This document shows positions 51,087 through 61,532 of a DNA stretch of 64,000 bases, piece by piece. The notes below the pieces were generated by a model. It saw nothing but the letters and a program-made list of their open reading frames with translations. It ran no database searches and had not been told where the DNA came from. The translations under genes and the position numbers were made by a program. Origin of the DNA: Chiloscyllium plagiosum (Eukaryota); contig NC_057749.1 in the NCBI RefSeq assembly GCF_004010195.1, forward strand, positions 5,807,339-5,871,338. The letters are read 5' to 3'. Every line of letters begins with the position of its first letter. Position 1 is the stretch's first letter.

Positions 51087-51759
51087 ATGATGATTGTGGT
51101 ATTGTAGTGGGCTAACAAAGAATTGCAGTCTATTTGTGGAAAGGAGTGAGGTGACACAGGAAGAGCAGATACTCAGTGTTATGCATAATTTTGCAAAGAC
51201 AGGATGTGCTATGATTTAGCAGAACAATGAAAACAGTTTGTTTCCAAACTGACAAAAGCCAGAATCCCTGTCAGGATAAAAGAAAAACATTATTTGTGTA
51301 TGAGGGCGTGACCTTTGTTGTCTTCACAACGTTTAGCATTCTGCAGCTAATTTTATCATGAATTACCACAGAATGTCAAATAAAAATGCATACGGAAGTA
51401 AAGGTCATCGCCACTTCTTCCAAGTAATGGAATCTCGCTGGCCCATTAGCTCATTAAATGTTACCTTACAGAAGAAACCTATGGAACATTGGCTTCTTGA
51501 ATACTCATTGAAAGGAACGTGGTCTCGCAGTCAGAGAGATGTTTGGAAGGGCGGAAAAGAAACCTTGACAATTCTTGAAAGGGGAAGCTGAATTGTCTTC
51601 TTGCACAGGATTCATTACCTGCCCTGTTTATAAGTAGTCTGGACTTAGCTATTTAGGAGAACCATATTCAAATTTGCTGCTGGCACCATGTTGGGAGAAG
51701 GACTGAAATTTGTTAAATAGTTTGACTATAATCTAGCACTCACCTCAACGCATACTGAT

Positions 51760-51938
51760 CTTTGGCCATGCTAAATTGCCCGTAGTGTTCAGAGATGTAT
51801 AGTTTAGGTGCATTAGTCATAGAAATGTAGAGTAATAGGGTAGGGGTGTATGTCTGGGTAGGATACTCTTCGGAGAATCAGTGTGGACTTGTTGGGTCAA
51901 ATAGCCTGTTTCCACACTGTAGAGATTCTATGATTCTA
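51760..51938 (+). mobile_element. HE1-like SINE 3' half
   Basis: TTGGCCATGCTAAATTGCC...GTTTCCACACTGTAG and an ATTCTATG tail. Confidence 0.8.
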
Positions 51939-52316
51939 TGAAGATGGCTGGGTTGATGGTTGAAATGATTTAAAGTAGAAAAAGACACTTTGGAACAAGA
52001 ATGGGCAAAGGGGCAGCCCCCCGCGCCCCCACCCCGTGACTGCAAAGAGTAGAGAATCAAACAGAATTTAGTGTGGACACGCTCAGGTCATTGAAGGCAG
52101 CAGCACAAGTAAGTAAGACATTAAAATGCAAAACGAGTTCCAGAGACAGAGAAGGCATGGTGGCTCACTGGTTAGTGCTGCTGCCTCACAGTTTGGCTCT
52201 ACCCTTCGGCGACTATCTGTGTGGAGTTTGCACATTCATCTCCGTGTCTGTGTGGGTTTCCTACCACAGTCCAAAGATGTGAAGGTTAGGTGGATTGGCC
52301 ATGGGGAATTGCCCAT

Positions 52317-53106
52317 TGTTACGACATGGGTAAACCCTCCTGCTTAATTTAATCCAGCAACACAGAAAAGATTTATTCTGTGCAGTAATCTGTGAAAATT
52401 CGAAAGGCCAACAACTATTTAAAGTAAAAATAAACAACTTTATTTCTTAAAGTATAACAGAGAATAATTAACTAGCAACTATTTAAAATTCCTTCCTCTG
52501 ACCTATCTTTTGCTTCCCCTTCTATATTTCTAGTCTGATAAAACCCCCGATTAAGATTTACTGAAAAATTCAAATTTCAAAACCAACCAGCTGTTGAATC
52601 TCCTTTTTTTATATCTTCCTCTGTAGAGTTGCTCTCCAGGTCAGTGTCAATGTTTTCCTCTGTCCAAACTCCTTCTCTAGCCAGGTACCTCTCAGAGGGT
52701 TCTGACTAGCAGTCGACATCTGTTGGTCGATTGCAGTTCTCCCTTAACTGATCAATTTTTTCCCAGTCTTACCCTCCCTTAACTGTTCAATTTTTTCCCA
52801 GTCTTACCCTCCCTTAACTGTTCAATTTTTTCCCAGTCTTATACCTCCAAAGCATTGGATTATGTCATTGGCTTTTAATATTGTCAATATACTAAATTCA
52901 AACTTGGTATATTTTGGTATATTTTGGGATATAATTTAAACTGATTGGCCTAATTCAAGTTTACTTTTTGTCTCCAGGCAACCAGCTACACTAGCTGCTG
53001 GACCAAAAGGGTGCATTATATCTTGTTCAGAACACTTGTTGCTGTCAGGTAGTTCTGCTAGCTTTTAACTCTCTTAAAGGTACAGTACACCCACATCATC
53101 ATAACA
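52317..53106 (-). mobile_element. Solo LTR (790 bp)
   Basis: Inverted termini TGTTACGA...TCATAACA, 4-bp TSD CCAT/TCAT and a minus-strand AATAAA. Confidence 0.78.
52741..52841. repeat. 35-bp tandem repeat, about 3 copies, inside the LTR
   Basis: Unit CCCTTAACTG(A/T)TCAATTTTTTCCCAGTCTTACCCT. Confidence 0.95.
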
Positions 53107-53431
53107 TCATATCGCCCAAGGATGCGCAGGCTAGGTGGATTGTGGCAGGCGTTGTGAAATGCAGGGTTATAGGGATAGGGCAGGTGGTGTGGGTCTGAAT
53201 GGACTAGTATGGGCCAAATGGCTTGCTTCCACACTATGGTAAGCATGAAAATAATGTGGAACAGGTTTATGACTCCAGAGCATTGTCTACTGTTTTGGAT
53301 TGCTGTTACAAGAAGAATATAATGAAAATAGAAAAGATGGAATGTGGATTTGCTGGAATACTATCACAGTCAAACAGTTAAAGTTGTGAAGAGAAATTGG
53401 AGATATTATAGATTTCCTCATTGAAGTGGTG

Positions 53432-54398
53432 AACATAGAACATTACAGCGCAGTACAGGCCCTTTGGACCTCGATGTTGCGCTAACTTGTGAAACCAATC
53501 TGAAGCCAATCTAACCTACACAATTCATTTTTGTTCATATGTCTATCCAATGACGATTTAAATGCCCTTAAAGTTGACGAGTCTACAACTGTTGCAGGCA
53601 GTGCGGTCCATGCCCCTACTACTCTCTAAGTAAAGAAACTACCTGTGACATCTGTCTTATATCTATCACCCTTCAAATTAAAGCCATGCCCCCTTGTGCT
53701 AGCCATTAGGCGGCACGGTGGCACAGTGGTTAGCACTGCTGCCTCACAGCGCCAGAGACCCGGGTTCAATTCCCGACTCAGGCGACTGACTGTGTGGAGT
53801 TTGCACGTTCTCCCCGTGTCTGCGTGGGTTTCCTCCGGGTGCTCCGGTTTCCTCCCACAATCCAAAAATGTGCGGGTCAGGTGAATTGGCCATGCTAAAT
53901 TGCCCGTAGTGTTAGGTTAAAGGGGTAAATGTAGGGGTATGGGTGGGTTGCGCTTCGGCGGGTCGGTGTGGACTTGTTGGGCCGAAGGGCCTGTTTCCAC
54001 ACTGTAAGTAATCTAATCTAATCTAATTACCAACCGAGGAAAAAGGCTCTCACTGTCCACCCAATGTAACCCTCTTATATGTCTCAATTAAGTCACCTCT
54101 CAATCTTCTTCTCTCTAGTGAAAACAGCCTGAATTCCCTCTGTCTTTTCTTGTAAGATCTTCCCTCCATACCAGGGAACATCCCAGTAAATCTCCTCTGA
54201 ACCCTTTCTAAAGCTTCCACATCCTTCCTATAACGTGGTGACCAGGACTATATGCAGTACTCCAAGTACGGCCAGACCAGAGTTTTGTATAACTGCAGTG
54301 TGACCTCATGCCTCCAAAACTCAATCCCTCTACTAAAGTCATAAGAAGTATGCATTCTTAACAACCCTATCAACCTGGGTGGCAACTTTCAGGGATCT
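53432..54398 (-). mobile_element. CR1 LINE 3' fragment interrupted by a young HE1-like SINE (+, 53709-54026)
   Basis: The SINE retains its CpGs and a (TAATC)3 tail. The LINE resumes on both sides. Confidence 0.88.
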
Positions 54399-55717
54399 AA
54401 GCCTTAAGTTTATGGAAAAATAATGACTGACAGATTATTTCTCCTTGTTGGAAATCTAATTAAAAAGGAGGCATATATTTTTGATAACAACATTCTCTAA
54501 GAAATAGAAACATTAAATTTACAGTAAAACAGAAATTTCTGGTGAAACTCAGCAGATTGGGCAGCATTTGTGGAGAGAAAGCAGAGTTAACATTTTGGAT
54601 CCAGTGACCCTTCTTCAGACTACTTTGATTAACATAGTTACACAACTTTGGATAGAATGTTGAATTCTTTCACACAAACTGTTTGAAAGATAAAGGCCTG
54701 TCTGTTGATTTTTATTTGTAAAAGGGAGTTGTGGATAGTAAATTGAGAAAAAGGAAATTGTTCATGGGGTATGAAGACCAGTTAGAGTCTGGGTGGGGTT
54801 CTCAGGAATGCGGGTGTGGATTTGATGGGGTATAATTCCACACGATAGGGATTCTAAGTAGCAATTTCAAAGAAATGAACATGTCACCTAAAGATAATCA
54901 AGAATATCAACATCATATTATTATGCTGTATTCCACAAGTAGCACTCTAAGATGAACTAGGGAACATGTCTAAGTCAGTTACCAGAAACTAACATTGAAA
55001 CTCAAAAGCTTTCACACCCAAATATTGTTTTTGATTAAAATTGCATTAACTATTTCTAATGGGAATCCACAATATCTGGAGCTCTTTGGAGGGAAAGCAC
55101 TTGTCTTTCAAGCGCTTGTCTTAAGCCTTGGCAATTCGTGATTCATTGTTGCATTTCAATAACTTTAATACTTAAGTGACAAACATACAGGATATTGGAT
55201 ACTTATCGGGGATTAAAAAGCAATATCTTTGGCCTGTGTAAGGTACTATAGACAATGACAGCAACAGAATGTTTGTAACCATCAGCTAAGCTTACTGGCA
55301 GGCTGCCCAAGCACTTCTAGAATTTCCTGGTGTGTACCTAGCAACCTTTTTTTATTAGCCTGACGTTAACATCCCAGTCCTCTACAACAGAGCGAGTATC
55401 TGATCTTGCCATCTGGGCACGTTTTATCCCCTGTGCTCTCACTGCTGCATTCTGTGGTCAATGATTCACTATGTGAAGACTCCCTTCCTCTCGCCAACCT
55501 CTGAAGTAGGTACAGTGCCAACCTGTTACTTGTGAGGGTCAGCTTAAGGGATGCTACATCTTCAGAAGATCAGGCATCCTCTAGTGACAGAATGCTCTCA
55601 ACATGCCTGAATTGTGAGGGAGGGACAAAACTTAGCGCTTAGCCTGAAAAAGAAATGTGTGCTTGCTGAAAGTAGCTGCAGTTTGTCATGTTGTGGGTCT
55701 AAGGTGAGATCAAATCA

Positions 55718-56706
55718 TCGAGTCATAGAGCTGTACAACACAGAAGTAGACCCTTTGGTCCAAATCCTAAATATCCCAAATTAATCTAGCCCATTTGGCC
55801 CATATACCTCTGAGCCCTTCCTTTTCAAATACCCATCCAGATGTCTTTTAAATGTTGTAATTGTACCAGTCTCCAACACTTCCTCTGGCAACTCATTCCA
55901 TTCATGCACTATCCTCTGTATGGCGAGGTTTCCCCTTTGGTCTCTTTTAAATCTTTCCCTTCTCACCTTAAACCCATGCCCACTAATGTTGGACTCCCCC
56001 ACCCTGGGGAAAAAAACCTTGTCTATTTACCCTATCCATGCCCCTCATGATTTTATAAACTTCTATCAGTTCGCCCCTCAGCTTCTGACCCCCCAGGGAA
56101 AACAGCCCCAGTCTATTCAGCCTCTCCCTAGAGATCAAACCCTCCAACCCTGGCAACATCCTTGTAAATCTTTTCTGAATCCTTTCAAGTATCACAACAT
56201 CCCTCCTATAGCAGAAAGACCAGAACTGAAAGCAGTATTCCAAAAGTGGCCTAACCAATGTCTTGTATAGCCGCAACATGACATCCCAACTCCTACATTC
56301 AATGCACTGACCAATAAAGACCAGCAGACTGAACACCTTCTTCGCTATCCTGTCTATCTTGAACTCCACTTTCAAGGAACTTTGAACCTGCATTCCAGGG
56401 TCACTTTGTTCAGCAACACTCACCAGGACCTTACAATGAAGTGTATAAGTCCCGCCCTGATTTGCCATTCCAAAATGCAGCACCTAACATTTTTCTAAAT
56501 TAAACTCCATCTGCCACTCCGCAGCCCATTGGCTCATCTGATCAAGTTCCCGTTGTATTCTGAGGTAGCCTTCTTTGCTGTCCATTACAGTTCTAATTTT
56601 GGTGTCATTCGCAAACTTACCAACTGTTCCTCCTATGTTCACATCTAAATCATTTATATAAATGACAAAAAGCAGTGGACCCGGCACTGATCCTTGTAGC
56701 ACATTG
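55718..56706 (-). mobile_element. CR1/HER1 LINE RT C-terminus and 3' end
   Basis: QGSVPGPLLFVIYINDL...KFANDTKI...WQMEFNLEKC and LYKTLVRPLLEYCFQFWS. Confidence 0.92.
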
Positions 56707-57889
56707 CTAAGAAGCTAAAGGGGGTAAGAGATGGGACATGAAATGCCTTCTTGTCAGGTTGTTGAGTCTATTCAAGGCAGGGATTGATAGACTTTTGGGT
56801 ACAAAGGAAATTGTGTTGGTGTCATGTTGTGAATATCCAGTTCATTATTTACATATTTGAGAATATAACTTCTAGTTTTCATAATTAACATTTTAACTAT
56901 AGGAAAATGTTGGGAAATGAAATATAAACAATTCTGATGTAAATGCAACTGAAACAAGCTGATAATGAAGAAAACCCAAACAATGATTTCATGATCTCTA
57001 TTCATTGTAATGGAGCTGGAGTGGTCTTGAGAGGGAGAGAGGGAAATCACATCTGTGAGCAATAAAAACACTGATATGCGTTGCAAGATCAAAGAGTTGT
57101 GTTGAAGATAAAATCATTAATTTGCATTTCTGAATCATCCTGAAGAATGCCACATTATCACAGAAATAGTAATTCAGGGTGGAGCCTTGGTGAGAGGGTC
57201 TTTTGCTCAATTTACCTTTGTGAGTTTTTCGACAATAGCAATCAGAAGGAAGCAGCTGGAGGATTTTTTCTAGCTTGCATCTGGTCGAAGAAATCCGCAG
57301 TGGTGTTCAGAGCCCAGGGCAGAAAGCAGTCAGCTTGAATAACCAGATGGAAAGAGCTGCACGAGCAGACTGGGAGATGGTTAAAACAACAGTCTATGTA
57401 TATTCAAAGCCAGAATAAGGAGCTGAAGAGTTCACTGTCTGGAGCCTTTAAAGAGATCTAAAAACTAATGGAAAATCCCCATATAATTTATAACTTTAAG
57501 GACTAGCTTGTGTACTGAGTAGAATTAAAAACTCTGGAGAGCAATGTTTCCTTCCAGGAAAAGTGAATGAACCTTAAAAAATTCATAAAACGGGATCCTT
57601 GGGGATGATGTGTGAGACGAGGGTAATAGTGTAACTGAGTACTTCACAATAAATACTCACTATTAATAATATAGGGTTATCATTAATAGCTCTTACTTTG
57701 ATTGATTTTGTTTTAATGGTCCAATAAAGTTTGTGTTTGTCAAAATAGCATTAGCCCCTGTTGTATTGTTCTGCCAGTTAACTGCTGGGTATTGGGATTT
57801 CCTCTTTAAACAGGAATAGTTTTAAATATTCAGGACATAATAACAGAACAATGAAGTTGGTGTAAAAGGTTAGTTGCGACCTTAATTTT

Positions 57890-59545
57890 TTAAATTCATT
57901 CATGGGATGTGAGAGCCCCACATGCTGGGCCAACATTTATTGCCCATCCCTAGCTGCTCCTGAGGAGGTGGTGGTGAGCTGCCTTCTTGAACCGCTGCAG
58001 GCAATTTGGTGTAGATAGATCATTGGAGAAGGAGGACCAAGATTTTGACAGCATGGAAATGAAGGTACAATGATATATTTCCAAGTCAGGATGGTGAGTG
58101 GCTTGGATGGGAACTTACAAGTGGTGGTGTTTATATGTATCTGCCACCCTTGTCCTTCTAGATGATTGTGGTTGTGGATTAGGAAGATCCTGTCTAACAA
58201 AACATGGTGAATTCCTGCAGTGCATCTTGTAGATGGTACCCATTGCTGCTAGTGAGCAATGGTGGTGGTGGCAGGAGTGAATATTTATGGTTGCTGTGCC
58301 AATGAAGCAGGCTGATTTCTCCTGGATGGTATCAAGCTTCTTCCATGTTGTTGGATCTGTGCTCAGAAGGTGCTAAGGAGTATTCCATCACACTCGTGTG
58401 TTGTGTTTTGTAGATACTGGAGAGGTTTTGGGAGTCAGGTGATAAGCTATTTGGTGCAAGAATCCTAGTCTTCAATCTGCTCTTGTAGTCACTGTACTTA
58501 CTTAGCTAGTCCAGTTCAGTTTTTGGTCAACTGTAACTCCTAGATTTTTAATAGTGGGGAATTCAGTGAAGATGGTGTCATTGAATCTTAAGGGGTGATG
58601 ATTAAATTCTCTCTTTTTGGAGATTATCATTGCCAGCACTTGTGTGGTCTGAATGGTACTTACCACTTGTCAGCCCAAACCTGGTATTGTCCAGGTTTTG
58701 CTGCATTGAACATGGACTTCTTCAATATCCGAGGAGTCATAAATAGTGTTGGACATTTTGTAGTCGTCAGTGAACATCCCTAATTCTGGTGTTCCGATGG
58801 AGGGAAGGCCATTGATGAAGCAGCTGAAGCTTGTTGGGTTTAAGACACCAACCTGAGGAACTCCTGGGACAGGGATGACTGATGTCCACCACTACCTTCC
58901 TTTGTGCTATCTTGGAGTCTAACCAGCAAAGAGTTTTCTCCGAAAACCCATTGACTCTAGATTTTCCAGGACTCCTTGATGTCACACTCAGTCAAATGGG
59001 CAGCAGTGGTTAGCACTGCTGCCTCACACACCAGGGTCCAAGGTTCGATTCCAGCCTCAGGCGGCCGTCTGTGTGGTGTTTACACATTCTCCCTGTGTCT
59101 GCGTGGGTTTCCTCCGGGTGCTCCAGGGTTTCCGCCCACAGTCCAAAGATGTGCAGGTGAATTGGCCATGCTAAATTGCCCATAGTGTTAGGTGTATTAG
59201 TCAGAGGGAAATGGGTCTGGGTGGGTTACTCTTTGGAGGGTTGGTGTGGACTTGTTGGGCCAAAGGGACAGCTTGGACAGCAAGTTTCATTGTTAGTGTT
59301 GTTGTCTTTTAGATGAAAAGTTAGAGGCCGAGGCCTTGAATGCTCTGTAGGGGATCTAAAAACTTAATGTCAAAGGCCGTCATTCTCACTTCACCTCTGG
59401 AGCTCAGCTCTTTTGTCCATGTTTCACCTAAGACTGTAATGAGGTCAGGAGCTCAGTGGCCATGGTTGAACTCAAACTGAGTGTCAGTGAGCAGGTTACG
59501 GTTTGTAAGTGATAGCACTGTTGATGATTCCTTCCATCCCTTTAC
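57890..59545 (-). mobile_element. Old CR1/L2-group LINE interrupted by an HE1-like SINE (+, 58997-59268)
   Basis: The minus strand at about 58796-58867 reads PGVPQVGVLNPTSFSCFINGLPSI, a degenerate RT GVPQGSVLGP..F..FINDL motif. Confidence 0.75.
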
Positions 59546-60543
59546 TGAATGGTGGAATGGGATCAAAAGGCTGAATACCCTACAACAAATTATGTTTTCA
59601 GATTGCTATACTTATACAAATATGTCAGCCAGGGCTCCCTGATTGGCTCAGGTTAACAATCAAGGATCTTTTGTCAATAAGATCCACCTGGCCCTGGCTC
59701 CAATCACAGAATTGCATTTCAAACAAGATGATTAAGTGGCTGCAAAGTATCATTTAGACATTCTAAGGATGTGAATGTTGCTATACAAATGCCAGGCCAA
59801 GTCCAAAAGGAAGCTAGATTGTGCTATGGTCTGGAAAGCCAGGGTGAAGGATGGAACTGCTTTAGCATAGTCGTTTTGTCACCTTGGATCGATGGCTCAG
59901 AGATAGTTGGGAATATTATAAGTTTAATATCATTTTTATAAGCAAACATACAGTATCACTGATGCACATTTGAAGACACCTCAGTTGTCTTCAATTATAT
60001 GCAGATGGAAGGTAGTTTTGAGCTTTTACTTGAGCAAAAATGAAATTACAGTGGGGTTGAGCTCTGAGATGTAAGCATGTACAAATAAATACATATACAA
60101 TAGGTTTAATGTTGGATCCAGTTCTATCCTTCACCTTGGCTTTCCAGACCAGCACTGTCTAGCTTCCTTTATGACTTTGCCTTGCATTTGTATAGCAACT
60201 TTCACATCCTTAGAATGTCTAAATAACACTTTACAGCCACTTAATCATTTTGTTTAAAATGCAATGCTGTGATTGGAGCTAGGGCCAGGTGGACCTTATT
60301 GACTATGAGATCCTTGATTGTGGTTGTTAACTTGGGCCAATCAGGGAGCCTGGCTGACTGGTATAAACAGGAGTCTCAGAAGGTCTCCTTAGTTTAGGAA
60401 CTGGCTCTGAGCTGGTTGGTCTGATTAGTTATCTTGGATAACTAATGGTAAGGTCAGCAGAAGAGAGAGTATTCAAGGCCTCGTCCTCTAACTTTTCATC
60501 TAAAAGACAACAACACTAACAATGAGACTTGCCATCCAAGCTG
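59269..60543. repeat. Nested inverted duplication
   Basis: Outer arms 59269-59346 / 60466-60543 and inner arms 59624-59859 / 60119-60358. Confidence 0.88.
60268..60421 (+). mobile_element. LTR fragment of the 3592/50614 family with an uninterrupted TATA site
   Basis: GGCCAATCAGGGAGCCTGGCTGACTGGTATAAACAGGAG is continuous here. Confidence 0.7.
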
Positions 60544-61223
60544 CACAGAAGTATCACCCTGGGTTATGTGCTGACATCTCTGGAGTGGGATTTGAAACCA
60601 CACATTAGACTCAAAGGTGTGAATGCCAGCAGCTGAACCACAGATGCCTCTGTAGGTGGTTGTACAAGGCACACTGGTGTATCAAACTGTCTCGGGGCAA
60701 CTGGGAATTAATGTCAACCTTGTCAGCCAGTCCATAAAGAAATTTTTAAAAATGTGTTAACACCTTTACTAATGTGGTGATGAGAAGGAGAAGAACTGCA
60801 TGAAGCATCCCTCTATTAATACCTTTAACCATCACTTCTGGGCTACAATATGGAATTAACCTGAAAACTTAAGATGATGAGACACGTTTCTTTATTTTTC
60901 TTCTTGAGGCTATTAAGTTGAACTTCCTGAGTCATTTTAATGTGAGTATTGAATTTTGTTCTAGTTCATGGTTAAAGATTTGAGGACGTCAATTACTAGT
61001 GTGATGAATACTCTCTTACCAGTAAATAAACTGGCTTCCACTGGGATTCTACAGGATACTTTGTCGCCTTTATTGAATTATGAGTTAAAAATTTGGACCT
61101 ACCATTTAATGTATATCTTTTAGTTTTGTGCATGACAAACAGATTTCTCTTTCCAGAAAATGGCAATACTATTCAGAGGGTACAAAATATAACTTGTGGA
61201 TTGTTGAGGGACCTTTGACTTTC

Positions 61224-61532
61224 ACAGAATCCCTACATTGTGGAAGCAGGCCAATTGGTCCATCAAGTCCATACTGACTCTCCAAAGAGCATCCCATCCA
61301 CGCTACTCTGTCCCATGGCTAATCTACCTAGTTTGCACATGACAGGCAATTTAGCATGGCCAAATCACCGAACCTTTGGACTGTGGGAGGAAACCAGAGC
61401 TCCCAGAGGAAACCCATGCAGACACAGGGAGAACATACAAACTTCACACAGACAGTCACCCAAGGTTGGAATCAAGCCCAGCCCCTGGTGCTGTGATGCA
61501 GCAGTGCTAACCACTGTGCCACTGTGCCACCA
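61224..61532 (-). mobile_element. HE1-like SINE
   Basis: Head and V-domain on the minus strand. Confidence 0.85.

Larger units (their letters stand above)
52153..53243 (+). mobile_element. HE1-like SINE split by a solo LTR
   Basis: SINE 5' part at 52153-52316 and 3' part at 53107-53243. Confidence 0.75.

Noticed and set aside
57100..57845. Possible additional solo LTR (AATAAA, ends ...ATAATAACA)
   Set aside because: I could not identify a 5' TG end, a TSD or a second copy.
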